59,286 bases of DNA from contig JAZRHB010000068.1 in NCBI GenBank assembly GCA_045644605.1, positions 1 to 59,286 of the forward strand, written 5' to 3'. The notes under the pieces are model-generated. The model saw only the letters and a program-made list of their open reading frames with translations. It did no database searches and was not told the origin of the DNA. Positions 21,474-30,710 of this stretch are shown one piece after another. Position 1 is the stretch's first letter. Each line of letters begins with the position of its first letter. The translations under genes and the position numbers were made by a program. The stretch comes from Clostridia bacterium (GTDB lineage Bacteria > Bacillota > Clostridia > RUG12999).

Positions 21474-23110
21474 TTTACTACCTGTATTCTGATGTGTTTA
21501 ACCATGTAATCAAAATTATATCCAAGCACACCTTTTTTGTCCGACGAAAAGAAATACATATCTGTTACATTACCATTTTTAATCTCAGTGGAATAAACCC
21601 GTCCGTCAGCAATGGGCAGAACTTTAAAATTGTCTGACGTTACTTCGTATATACCTCCTGTAAAATTTCCTTTTTTTACTTTAGTGTTTTCTATTTTAAC
21701 ATCTGTAAGTTTTGAATTAAATACTTTAAATTTATTGCTTTCAAGGTGAATTGCCACCTTGCCGTCAAGCTTATATTTAACCACTGCCGATATGCTCATT
21801 TCAGTCACCTCAGGAGCATCCGGTGAAATGGTAAGAATTCCATTTTCAAAGGTTATTCCTTCTGAATTTTCCGCTGTATATTCAATGTCATAAACTTTTG
21901 AATACACGTCCTTTGCAATCGGTGAACCGGCTATGTTAAACAGTTTTGGTGTTATATCAAAAACTGTTTCTTTTCCTGGTTTTGCGTACAGTTTTTCTGG
22001 CACAAGAAAACTTCCATCCACCACTTTTTCACTGCTTTTTGGTGCAGAAACAATTTTAATTTCGGTTTCGGCATAAACTTTTTCGTCCGATGCAACAGTT
22101 GCCTTTAAAGCCGCGTTTCCTGAAGAAAGTGCCAGGAAAATGGGATCGTCGGCAATGAGTGCGGCATTTCCTTTTTCAATTGACCATATTACGTCTGTTT
22201 CGGTTGAGTTCGCAGGGTATATTTTATATTCCGGTCTTATCATATCACCCACCATAAGAGTATCGGGGCATACAATTTTAATTTCTTCCGGCCACACTTT
22301 TGTTTCCTGAACAATAATGTTAATACTGTCACTGTTGCCAAAAAAATCAAATGCCGTAATGGTGGATTTCCCCGCAGAAAGTGCTGTAACAACACCATTT
22401 TCGGAAACTGTTGCCACATCTCCCGTGCCACCCCAAAGAATTTCCGACAGTTTCTGTGATTTTATATACAGTTGTTTGGTTTTTCCAATCGCCATATATA
22501 TTGTGTTTACATCCGAATAGGTTTTATCTGTAATTTCTATTTTATCGGGAATAAAATCTTTTGTAAGTTTGAAAATACTGCTTCCGTCAAGCATTTTTTC
22601 GCCTGTCGTTTTAGGATTTAAATAAATATTTGTATCACCGCAGGTAATGACATTTGCATCCGCAAGATAAGAAATGCTGTCCTCACCGCTTGGTTTGTTT
22701 ATTTTAAACTCAAGTGAAAACAGTTTTTCGCTTTCGCCGTTTTTATATGATGCAAATTCGCCTGTGCTTGAAATAATGTAGAGGATTTGTCCTTCGTTTG
22801 CGGAAAAGCTTTCAAGCCATTTCCCGCCAATATCAAGCTTAGACTGTCCGCGTTGTACCTTATCCGTATTTAAAAGAGTAAGTGCCGACGTGTCATATTC
22901 ATATCCAATGGAAAGTCCCGTAAATCCGTAAATTCCGCCCGACACATAAACATCAAGTGTTGCGGTGTCTTCCTTTACTGTTATATTGGTTATTACCGAT
23001 GCGCTGTCATCAGCAAAGGAATATTCCCTTTCACCTGTTACGGAGGCAACAGCATTTACAGACATAATAATCATTAAACTTACAATAATTAAAGCAATTT
23101 TTCTTTTCAT
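21470..23110 (-). CDS. Exported multidomain protein (cohesin-like N-domain plus Big_2-like Ig repeats)
   Basis: Signal peptide MKRKIALIIVSLMIIMSVNAVAS. Cohesin-like GFTGLSIGYEYDTSAL...LFSLEFKI. Big_2-like ATVSENGVVTALSAGKSTITA. ATG 23110 lies 7 nt after GGAGA. Confidence 0.7.
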   Translation of the reverse strand: MKRKIALIIVSLMIIMSVNAVASVTGEREYSFADDSASVITNITVKEDTATLDVYVSGGIYGFTGLSIGYEYDTSALTLLNTDKVQRGQSKLDIGGKWLESFSANEGQILYIISSTGEFASYKNGESEKLFSLEFKINKPSGEDSISYLADANVITCGDTNIYLNPKTTGEKMLDGSSIFKLTKDFIPDKIEITDKTYSDVNTIYMAIGKTKQLYIKSQKLSEILWGGTGDVATVSENGVVTALSAGKSTITAFDFFGNSDSINIIVQETKVWPEEIKIVCPDTLMVGDMIRPEYKIYPANSTETDVIWSIEKGNAALIADDPIFLALSSGNAALKATVASDEKVYAETEIKIVSAPKSSEKVVDGSFLVPEKLYAKPGKETVFDITPKLFNIAGSPIAKDVYSKVYDIEYTAENSEGITFENGILTISPDAPEVTEMSISAVVKYKLDGKVAIHLESNKFKVFNSKLTDVKIENTKVKKGNFTGGIYEVTSDNFKVLPIADGRVYSTEIKNGNVTDMYFFSSDKKGVLGYNFDYMVKHIRIQVVK

Positions 23111-23133
23111 AACCATTCTCCAATATTTTCTAC

Positions 23134-23168
23134 AATAAAAATTAAAGCGAGGCAAGTAAGCCCCGCTT
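23134..23168 (-). terminator. Intra-operon hairpin with a T-tract (possible partial terminator/attenuator)
   Basis: Minus strand: AAGCGGGGC-TTACTT-GCCTCGCTT, then TAATTTTTATT. Lies between the micro-ORF and the next gene. Confidence 0.5.
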
Positions 23169-23194
23169 ATTTTCGTTTCCCCGCAAGTGAGGGA

Positions 23195-23368
23195 TTAGCC
23201 TTGCATCAAAGATGACATTTTATAACTTGTTGTGTAGCCGCTTGCACCACTGCCAAGTCCAAGTCCTGAACCTCTGTTTGTTGTCCAACTGTCGAGGTTT
23301 GATGCTATTTTTTCTATTGCTTCAAATGATTTCATTTCAGCTTCAGGTTTAACATATTTTTTAAGCAT
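23195..23368 (-). CDS. 57-aa micro-ORF with a charged N-half and a Gly/Ser/Thr-rich C-half (not in the ORF track)
   Basis: Codon-by-codon hand translation: MLKKYVKPEAEMKSFEAIEKIASNLDSWTTNRGSGLGLGSGASGYTTSYKMSSLMQG*. SD GGAGGG starts right after the upstream TAA, 9 nt before the ATG. Confidence 0.55.
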   Translation of the reverse strand: MLKKYVKPEAEMKSFEAIEKIASNLDSWTTNRGSGLGLGSGASGYTTSYKMSSLMQG

Positions 23369-23382
23369 ATCCATTACCCTCC

Positions 23383-24405
23383 TTATTCTGCCACGGTAAA
23401 CGGAACTTTAATACCTTTAACGATGCTTCCGTCTGTATACTCAATATATGTCTGTGCAAAGTAACTGCCCGGTTTAAGCTGTTCAAAGATAATACCAAAC
23501 TGATTGTCGGAAGATTTGTTTTCTGCCGGGAATTTCGGTCCGATACCCGAAGCAGCTGTTGTAACATCGCTACCGTCAGAATATGTAAGGTAAATACCAT
23601 AACCTTCAATTGTTTTTCCACTATTTGGAGAAATCTGTCCGAATGCAACTGATACATCTTCTGTTGACTCATTATTAACTTTTCCTTTAAAGACTTCCGG
23701 AAGTGTAAGAGCGTCAACACCTGTCATACCGGTTGATGCAGTAACATCAGCGCTTACGGATTCAATTTTATCAAAGAATACTTCAAATGTTGCATCTTCT
23801 AATGCAGTATACGTATATGTGCTGCCTTTGTATGCATCAAAGCTTCCTGCTTTTTCTACACCATTTTCCTGTACACTGCTTATATAATAACCTATTGCAG
23901 GAGTTATATTTAATTTAACTTTTTTATTCCCTGGCACGACTGCAGAAATAAGTCCGGTTGCCTCATCTGTTGAAATTTCAGCAATCCCACTTCCCGTTTT
24001 GTTTACGGTTATAGTTACTTCAAATTCTTTATAGATAAATTCATATGACGCCGCTTCGGCAACGCCTGTTCCGCCCATAAGAAGTGTGCATTTTGTTCCT
24101 ACTCCAACGCCTGCTTTCATTTTGAAATTAAGCTTTCCGGAATATGTACCGTTTGAGTTCTGGTCAATATAAACAATGTTTGTATCTACGGGAACGGGAT
24201 TTGTTTCATCCGGAGTATATACAAGTACAGTAATCTGGTCGGTAGATGCCATATCTGTTGCTGTGAAGCTTACCTCTACTTCTCCTGTTGTTATATTTAA
24301 TTCATCAATTGAGTCTATTGTAATTGATGCCGCCAAAGTAGCAAATGATGCAAACACCATTACTACCGATACAGCAATCAAAAATTTAAGCAATTTTCTG
24401 TTCAT
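23383..24405 (-). CDS. Exported protein with Ig-like / InlB-B-repeat-like domains
   Basis: Signal peptide MNRKLLKFLIAVSVVMVFASFATLAAS. Repeat-like VTITVNKTGSGIAEIS...KLNITPAIGYYISSV. ATG 24405 lies 6 nt after GGAGG. Confidence 0.7.
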   Translation of the reverse strand: MNRKLLKFLIAVSVVMVFASFATLAASITIDSIDELNITTGEVEVSFTATDMASTDQITVLVYTPDETNPVPVDTNIVYIDQNSNGTYSGKLNFKMKAGVGVGTKCTLLMGGTGVAEAASYEFIYKEFEVTITVNKTGSGIAEISTDEATGLISAVVPGNKKVKLNITPAIGYYISSVQENGVEKAGSFDAYKGSTYTYTALEDATFEVFFDKIESVSADVTASTGMTGVDALTLPEVFKGKVNNESTEDVSVAFGQISPNSGKTIEGYGIYLTYSDGSDVTTAASGIGPKFPAENKSSDNQFGIIFEQLKPGSYFAQTYIEYTDGSIVKGIKVPFTVAE

Positions 24406-24444
24406 TCTCATCCTCCTGTTCTTAAAGAACATAATCCATACTTT

Positions 24445-24473
24445 ATTTTATCACAAATAAAAAAATATTGCAA
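24445..24473 (-). promoter_or_regulatory. Putative sigma-A promoter of the exported-protein operon
   Basis: Minus strand: TTGCAA (24473-24468), 17-nt spacer, TAAAAT (24450-24445). Confidence 0.5.
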
Positions 24474-24530
24474 CTTTTTTTTGCAGTAAAAAGTATAAAA
24501 AAAGAGTGCTGATTTTTGTGCATTATTATA

Positions 24531-24567
24531 GAAAAAAATAAAGCGGATGCAGATGCATCCGCTTTTG
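24531..24567 (-). terminator. Intrinsic terminator after rpsR
   Basis: AAGCGGATGC-agat-GCATCCGCTT, followed on the minus strand by a T-run. Confidence 0.75.
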
Positions 24568-24575
24568 ATTTTGAA

Positions 24576-24839
24576 TTAGTCCGCAGAGAAAGGTAAAAGT
24601 GCAATAATTCTTGCTCTTTTAATAGCTGTTGTCAGCTGACGCTGATGTTTTGCACAGCAACCATTCACTCTTCTGGGCACGATTTTGCCTCTTTCAGAAA
24701 CGTATTTTCTTAATTTAGCAACATCTTTATAATCGATAGAATCAACCTTGTCCACGCAGAAACTGCAAACTTTTTTCTTTGCACGTCTTGCTCTTAAAGG
24801 AGCGCGGTCGTTTCTTTCCATTTTTTCCTTTTCTGCCAT
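24576..24839 (-). CDS. rpsR: 30S ribosomal protein S18
   Basis: [37 protein letters not shown]...[14 protein letters not shown] chose ATG 24839 because it lies 9 nt after GGAG. Confidence 0.93.
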   Translation of the reverse strand: MAEKEKMERNDRAPLRARRAKKKVCSFCVDKVDSIDYKDVAKLRKYVSERGKIVPRRVNGCCAKHQRQLTTAIKRARIIALLPFSAD

Positions 24840-24862
24840 TATTTTCATCTCCTTATTAACTA

Positions 24863-25294
24863 TTAAAACGGTAAATCGTCATCATCAACATCTGTTGTGA
24901 AGCCTTGCGCACTTACTGCAGGCTGATAAAAATTATCTCCGCTCTGTGCAGGCGCACCCGCACCGTAATTGTCACGTTTTGGTTCAGCAAAATGAACTTC
25001 ATCGGCAACAACTTCAGTTACATAATGTTTTTTACCTTCTGCATCTTCCCAGTTTCTTGTCTGCAGTCTTCCGCAAACAGCAACAAGCTGACCTTTTGTG
25101 AAATATCTTGCAACAAAATCCGCACTTGCACGGAATGCAACAATATTAATAAAATCTACCTGTCTTTCTTCACCGGCTTTAGCGTATCCTCTGTCTACCG
25201 CAAGAGTAAATGTTGTTACGCTTATGCCTGACTGGGTTGATTTCTGTTCCGGGTCACGTGTTAAGCGACCCATTAAAATTACTTTGTTAAGCAT
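24863..25294 (-). CDS. ssb: Single-stranded DNA-binding protein
   Basis: [18 protein letters not shown] fold and the acidic tail DDDDLPF. Confidence 0.95.
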   Translation of the reverse strand: MLNKVILMGRLTRDPEQKSTQSGISVTTFTLAVDRGYAKAGEERQVDFINIVAFRASADFVARYFTKGQLVAVCGRLQTRNWEDAEGKKHYVTEVVADEVHFAEPKRDNYGAGAPAQSGDNFYQPAVSAQGFTTDVDDDDLPF

Positions 25295-25305
25295 ACTTTC
25301 CCTCC

Positions 25306-25599
25306 TTAGTCTTTAACGACTACTATAGAACGCATGATACCGTCTGTAATCTTGTAGATACGTTCAAGTTCTGCAGGGAAATCGGTTTTTGAAGTAAAGT
25401 TAATAAGAACATAATAACCTTCTGTTTTGTAATCGATTGCATATGCTAATCTTCTTTTACCCCAAACGTCAACGTTTTCGATTTCAGCATTTGCTTCGAT
25501 TAATGACTTAAACTTTTCAACAAGACCGTTGATAGCTTCTTCACCTAATGTTGCGTCAACAACAAAGATTGTTTCATAAGCTCTTTTGATTTCAGTCAT
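25306..25599 (-). CDS. rpsF: 30S ribosomal protein S6
   Basis: RAYETIFVVDATLGEE...VWGKRRLAYAI. ATG 25599 lies 8 nt after AGGAGG. The track start at 25608 is a GTG that touches the SD. Confidence 0.93.
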   Translation of the reverse strand: MTEIKRAYETIFVVDATLGEEAINGLVEKFKSLIEANAEIENVDVWGKRRLAYAIDYKTEGYYVLINFTSKTDFPAELERIYKITDGIMRSIVVVKD

Positions 25600-25609
25600 T
25601 TCTTTCACC

Positions 25610-25660
25610 TCCTTATGGACTTTGGCTGTAATAATTTACAGCAAGGATTTATAGCCAATT
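25610..25660 (-). promoter_or_regulatory. Structured rpsF 5' UTR (candidate S6:S18 autoregulatory leader)
   Basis: Nested hairpin: TTGGCT...AGCCAA enclosing CTGTAA-ATTA-TTACAG (plus-strand 25622-25658). Lies between the promoter and the SD. Confidence 0.4.
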
Positions 25661-25664
25661 TAAG

Positions 25665-25693
25665 ATTATACACTATTTTTTTACATTTGTCAA
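25665..25693 (-). promoter_or_regulatory. Sigma-A promoter of rpsF-ssb-rpsR
   Basis: Minus strand: TTGACA (25693-25688), 17-nt spacer, TATAAT (25670-25665). Confidence 0.65.
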
Positions 25694-25698
25694 GACCC

Positions 25699-26520
25699 TT
25701 ACAATTCAATTTTCTTTTTATCAAGGTCGTCTATTATTTTTGCAATGGCATGTTCATTATTACTTACAGTAATTATATCCGCCGCTTTCTTTGCACCCTC
25801 GCTTGCATTTGCAACAGCATAACCTATTTTTGCCGTCCGTATCATTGAAATATCATTATCATAATCGCCAACGGCAATGGTTTTATCCATACTTACGCCA
25901 AGCATTTCCGCCATTCGCACAAGAACACCGCCCTTACTGTTTCCTTTCGGCAAAATTTCGTACAAGTCGTGTGCGGAACGGATAAAATCAAACTCACTCG
26001 CAAGCGGATGCGAATTTAAAAGCTTTGCAAGTTCGACAATCCTGTCATCATCTTCATGTGTAAAAATTATTTTTGCAATCGGTTCTGTTACGTCTCTGTA
26101 ATGCTTGAACAAATCCGGAAGCTCCACAATTTTTCTGAACTTTTTCATTGCCGCATTGTCACGGCTGAAATATACAACATCCGGTGCATCCACAAGCATC
26201 CCCACGTCGGGCATCTTTTCATATATTAGGTCCATAAGCTGAAATGCTGTTCTCGGCAGTGTGGTCATCCACAGCATTTCGTTTTTATATGGGTCATATA
26301 TACCGCCGCCGTTGATACATCCGTACGGCACATTCGGATTAAGAATGGCACATATTTTTCTTGATGTCATAGGCATTCTGCCCGTTATAAAAGTAAAAAG
26401 TCCGCCGCGCGATTTAAAATATTCAATTGCATCAAGATTTTCTTTTGACACGTTTTTATTACTGTCAAGCACCGTGCCGTCAAGGTCGGTACAAATGAGT
26501 ATTCCACTGAATTTTTCCAT
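25699..26520 (-). CDS. Cof-type HAD-IIB phosphatase
   Basis: ILICTDLDGTVLD motif I and VGDYDNDISM motif IV, with a Cof-type cap. Confidence 0.85.
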   Translation of the reverse strand: MEKFSGILICTDLDGTVLDSNKNVSKENLDAIEYFKSRGGLFTFITGRMPMTSRKICAILNPNVPYGCINGGGIYDPYKNEMLWMTTLPRTAFQLMDLIYEKMPDVGMLVDAPDVVYFSRDNAAMKKFRKIVELPDLFKHYRDVTEPIAKIIFTHEDDDRIVELAKLLNSHPLASEFDFIRSAHDLYEILPKGNSKGGVLVRMAEMLGVSMDKTIAVGDYDNDISMIRTAKIGYAVANASEGAKKAADIITVSNNEHAIAKIIDDLDKKKIEL

Positions 26521-26531
26521 TTTTCCTCCGT

Positions 26532-27899
26532 TTATATTACTGACATTATAAACACTACTATTATTATAACCGGAAGTACATATGATACATACGGTTTAAG
26601 CCATTTCGGCAGTTTCAAACCCTTTCCTTCGTTTACTTCGGCAAAATATTTGTTCCATCCCCAGCCGTAACGGGTTGTACAGAACAGAACATACACAAGG
26701 CTTCCGAGCGGAAGAAGAACGTTTGAAACCGTAAAGTCTTCCAAATCCATAATTCCTTTACCGAAAATTGTTACGCTTTCCCAGATATTAAATCCGAAAA
26801 TACACGGAAGCGAAAGCACTGTCATAAGAATTATGTTTATAATTGCAACCTTACGGCGGCTCATTTTTGTAAGTTCAAGCCAGAACGAAACAATGTTTTC
26901 GAACACCGCAATAACGGTTGAAAGTGCCGCAAACGCCATAAATATAAAGAACAGCACGCCTATAATTCTGCCGCCGGGCATTGCATTGAAAATGCTTGAC
27001 AGTGTTGTAAACAAAAAGCTTGCGCCAACTGTTGACGCATCTGCAGTTACGCCGTTATTATAGGTAAAGCACGCCGGGAAAATAATAAGTCCGGACACGA
27101 GTGCAACGAATGTGTCAAGTGAAAGGATTGTAAGGGCTTCACCGGGAAGACTTCTGTCTTTTCCGATGTAGCTGCCGAAAATCGCAATTGAACCTATACC
27201 GATGCTGAGTGTAAAGAAGGATTGTCCCATTGCCGCAGAAATTACTGTCCATATACCGTGGTTTTGTATACCTTCTGCGTTTGGCACAAGATAAAACTTA
27301 AGTCCTTCTGCCGCATTTGCAAGTGTGCAGGAATATATTGCAAGTCCTATCATAAGCGCAAGAAGAGCAATCATCATTCCTTTTGTGATTTTTTCAACGC
27401 CCTTCTGAAGTCCGAGCGAGCATATGCCGAAACAAAGAACTATAACTGCCACTGCCGCAACGGTAAGCATAACAGGGTCTGATACGATGTTGCCGAAAAC
27501 TCCACCCAGTTCTTCTACAGTTTTAAACTGCATAATTGAGCCGTTTAAATATTTCACAAAATATATAAGCATCCATCCGGAAATGGTGGTGTAAAACATC
27601 ATAAGAAGATAGTTCCCTGCCATACCGAAATATTTAAACCAGTGCCATTTTTGTCCCTGTTTTTCAAGCACATCAAAAGATGATGCAATACTTCTCTGAC
27701 TTCCTCTTCCTACCGCAAGCTCCATTGTCATTATCGGAAATCCGAGAAGCAGCAAAAATGCAATGTAAATAAGTACGAACAGTGCACCGCCGTACGAGCC
27801 TGCCATAATAGGAAAACGGTATACGTTGCCAAGTCCTATTGCACAACCTGCCGAAATGAGTATAAACCCAAGTCGTGATGAAAATTTTTCTCTTTGCAT
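26532..27899 (-). CDS. Sodium-dependent transporter (SNF/NSS family)
   Basis: FSSRLGFILISAGCAIGLGNVYRFP N-terminal signature. About 11-12 TM segments. Confidence 0.9.
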   Translation of the reverse strand: MQREKFSSRLGFILISAGCAIGLGNVYRFPIMAGSYGGALFVLIYIAFLLLLGFPIMTMELAVGRGSQRSIASSFDVLEKQGQKWHWFKYFGMAGNYLLMMFYTTISGWMLIYFVKYLNGSIMQFKTVEELGGVFGNIVSDPVMLTVAAVAVIVLCFGICSLGLQKGVEKITKGMMIALLALMIGLAIYSCTLANAAEGLKFYLVPNAEGIQNHGIWTVISAAMGQSFFTLSIGIGSIAIFGSYIGKDRSLPGEALTILSLDTFVALVSGLIIFPACFTYNNGVTADASTVGASFLFTTLSSIFNAMPGGRIIGVLFFIFMAFAALSTVIAVFENIVSFWLELTKMSRRKVAIINIILMTVLSLPCIFGFNIWESVTIFGKGIMDLEDFTVSNVLLPLGSLVYVLFCTTRYGWGWNKYFAEVNEGKGLKLPKWLKPYVSYVLPVIIIVVFIMSVI

Positions 27900-27910
27900 T
27901 GTAAATCCCC

Positions 27911-28438
27911 CTAGTTTCTTATGTAATCAATTAAATCTTTTATCGACTCTTTATCCATAAAATCGCCGTCCGCATCACACAGGTCAATAAGCATTTTTTC
28001 CATTTCTGTAGGATTTTCTTTTGACGACATTATTTTTTTGAGTGTTTTAAGTGCCGTACGGTGAACTACCGAAAGCTCATCCATAATCATTTTGCCCATA
28101 AAATTAAAAACCTTTACGTTTTCCGGCACACCGTTTTTGAAATTTTTCTCTATTACCATTTTATCGTAATAATCTCTGCATGAGAGCGGCGTAATTCCGG
28201 TTGAATAAACGGCAATTTTCTTATCTTTCAAGAGGTCGATATTTTTTGTTATAAGAAAAAGACCGCCTATTATTTCGGCATAAAGACCGCCGCCGTATAC
28301 AATGGCATCATACTGTGCAAGGTCTTTTGCGGAAATGTTTTTTTCATCAACCGCCTCGCACGAAAGCTCGTTTGCAATCCAGTTTGCATAGGTTTTTGCA
28401 CTACCGTATTTTGACTTGTATACCACAATTGTTTTCAT
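27911..28438 (-). CDS. Flavodoxin-like domain protein
   Basis: MKTIVVYKSKYGSAKTYANWIA...YDAIVYGGGLYA. I chose ATG 28438. The upstream track extension overlaps the preceding gene. Confidence 0.72.
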   Translation of the reverse strand: MKTIVVYKSKYGSAKTYANWIANELSCEAVDEKNISAKDLAQYDAIVYGGGLYAEIIGGLFLITKNIDLLKDKKIAVYSTGITPLSCRDYYDKMVIEKNFKNGVPENVKVFNFMGKMIMDELSVVHRTALKTLKKIMSSKENPTEMEKMLIDLCDADGDFMDKESIKDLIDYIRN

Positions 28439-28470
28439 ATATATATCACCTATATTATTGTATTCACATA

Positions 28471-28923
28471 TTAATATCCGTATAACCACCCTGACGGAAC
28501 AAGGAACGTATACGGTGCGGTTACAACCGCAAACACAAGTGCAAGTTTAAGTTTTGTTTTATGTTCACATTCTTTAAATGTAATAAAATAGTTAAGTATA
28601 AAAATCATTGCCGCCGAAATAAGCATTGCCGGAAGCGTAATATACCATTCATCACCCATTCTGCCAAGCTCAAATACCAACATCAATATCAACATATACG
28701 CCGAACCTATTGCATCAGCAAGAAGTCCGAATCCATATACTTTAAGTATATTCTTTTTATAAAAATCTTTTTTCTCAGGCAGTTTTATAATGCACATACT
28801 TATTATCAAAACTATACTGTCAATTATAAAATTGCCCGGCAGTACAATAAGCCACGTTACCGGAAACAAAAGGAGCATCCACAGCGGAAACAGAACATTA
28901 TACAGCGTTACATCTTTTTTCAC
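28471..28923 (-). CDS. Hypothetical membrane protein
   Basis: 150 aa with 4 hydrophobic segments. No recognisable motif. Confidence 0.5.
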   Translation of the reverse strand: MKKDVTLYNVLFPLWMLLLFPVTWLIVLPGNFIIDSIVLIISMCIIKLPEKKDFYKKNILKVYGFGLLADAIGSAYMLILMLVFELGRMGDEWYITLPAMLISAAMIFILNYFITFKECEHKTKLKLALVFAVVTAPYTFLVPSGWLYGY

Positions 28924-28990
28924 AATGCCACCTCCGGAAAAAATATCAATTTATTATATCATAAAAAAATCCTCCCGTAAAGGAGAATTT

Positions 28991-30202
28991 TTATTCTTCA
29001 TCTATTCCTATTTCATTACCGAGTGCCGAACCGAATGTTATTGCGCCTTTACCGAATTTTTCCCTTATTTTATCTATATTCGTTTCAAGACGCTGAAGCT
29101 TTTCGTGTTTTTCGGTATTGACATCTTCAAAAAGCGACAACTGCACACCGCAGTTATCTTGATGTTCTATGTTAATTCCCGTAATCCTGATCATGCGTAT
29201 GGCTTTTCGTTTATCTCTTACGGCATTTGCAAGCAGGAGTGCCTCTTTTGCAATTTCCTTTGATACGTTTGTCGGAAGCGATAGTTGTTTTTGTTTTGAA
29301 ACCGATTTAAAATCCGCATACTTTATATACACCTGTATACCTCGGCATTTCACGCAGTAGCCTCTCATTCTTGAGCAAACGCTGTCCGAAAGTGCGGTTA
29401 TTCCGCAACTAAGAGAGTCCTCTGTTACAATATCTGTTTTAAACGTCATCCCGTTACCAACGGATTTTATTTCCCTTATATCTTCTGCATTTTTTACAGG
29501 GTCGTTATCAATTCCGTTTGCGTAATCATGCAGCATATACCCCATTTTACCAAGCATACCGCCTATGATTTCTCTGTCTGCAGCTGCAAGCTCTCCAATG
29601 GTTTTTATGCCGATTTTCCCAAGCATTTCGGTAGTACGCCGTCCCGCAAAAAGCAGGTCGCCCACAGGAAGAGGATACACAATATCTTTATAGTTATTTC
29701 TGTCAATAACGGTAGTGGCGTCGGGTTTTTTATAGTCACTTCCCAGTTTTGCAAAAACCTTGTTGAAGGAAACCCCTACCGATACCGTAATACCGATTTC
29801 CTCCCTTACACTGCGGCGGATTTCATCCGCAATATGTACTCCGTCGCCAAAAAGGTTTTTGCTTGCGGTAACATCAAGCCACGATTCATCAATCCCAAAC
29901 GGTTCTACAAGGTCGGTGTAGCGTTTATATATATCATTAACTTTTTTCGAATATTCGGCGTAAAGCTCGTGATGCGGCAGAACAAGCACAATATCGGGGC
30001 ATTTTCGCCGTGCGCTGCCTATTGTTTCCGCCGTTTTCACACCATATGCTTTTGCAATTTCATTTTTTGCCAGAATTATGCCGTGCCGTTTTGTAATATC
30101 GCCCGCTACTGCCATTGGCACATCTTTAAGCTCGGGACGAAGCATACATTCAACGGAAGCATAAAAGGCATTGCAATCACAATGCAGTATAGTCCTATCC
30201 AT
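28991..30202 (-). CDS. dinB: DNA polymerase IV (Y-family)
   Basis: ILHCDCNAFYASVE...LVEPFGIDESWLDVT...SVGVSFNKVFAKLGSDYKKPD. Confidence 0.92.
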   Translation of the reverse strand: MDRTILHCDCNAFYASVECMLRPELKDVPMAVAGDITKRHGIILAKNEIAKAYGVKTAETIGSARRKCPDIVLVLPHHELYAEYSKKVNDIYKRYTDLVEPFGIDESWLDVTASKNLFGDGVHIADEIRRSVREEIGITVSVGVSFNKVFAKLGSDYKKPDATTVIDRNNYKDIVYPLPVGDLLFAGRRTTEMLGKIGIKTIGELAAADREIIGGMLGKMGYMLHDYANGIDNDPVKNAEDIREIKSVGNGMTFKTDIVTEDSLSCGITALSDSVCSRMRGYCVKCRGIQVYIKYADFKSVSKQKQLSLPTNVSKEIAKEALLLANAVRDKRKAIRMIRITGINIEHQDNCGVQLSLFEDVNTEKHEKLQRLETNIDKIREKFGKGAITFGSALGNEIGIDEE

Positions 30203-30219
30203 AATTCACCTTCTTTTAC

Positions 30220-30252
30220 AAAAAAATCCCGAGCGCTTGCGTTCGGGATTTT
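30220..30252 (-). terminator. Intrinsic terminator after the 30258-30686 gene
   Basis: Minus strand: AATCCCGAACG-caag-CGCTCGGGATT, followed by TTTTTT. Confidence 0.65.
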
Positions 30253-30257
30253 ATAGC

Positions 30258-30686
30258 CTAGTTGATTTCATATTCTCCTTTTACCATTACAAGAACCTTT
30301 GACCCGGCCTCAATTCCTCTGCCGTCGGAAACAGGAACTATAAGAAGATGGTTTGCAGGCATAGCCATACCGTTTGACGGGTCGTTTCCTGCAGTAACAT
30401 CCGCAAGACCGCCTTTTTCGGTAGATATTACAGTTGCACTGCCCTGACGCAGGATAAGCTCGCATCCCGCCTGACCTATAAGCTTCTGTCCTTCTTTAAG
30501 CTCAACAACCGCAAAAGCATTTTTTTCTTTTACATAGTCTGTAATTTCGGGTTTGAACACTTTGTCAAGATAATCCTTTGAAATAAGGGGATTATCGTCA
30601 CTTCCCGGTGTGGCAAGTGCAACAATTGCACAAAGTGTTATGATTGCAAGTCCGGTTGCAAGTCCGGCCATAAAGTTCTTTTTCAT
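30258..30686 (-). CDS. Hypothetical exported/anchored protein
   Basis: N-terminal hydrophobic segment MAGLATGLAIITLCAIVALA. No recognisable catalytic motif. Confidence 0.5.
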   Translation of the reverse strand: MKKNFMAGLATGLAIITLCAIVALATPGSDDNPLISKDYLDKVFKPEITDYVKEKNAFAVVELKEGQKLIGQAGCELILRQGSATVISTEKGGLADVTAGNDPSNGMAMPANHLLIVPVSDGRGIEAGSKVLVMVKGEYEIN

Positions 30687-30710
30687 TTGTCATTCCTCCG
30701 TAATTATACG

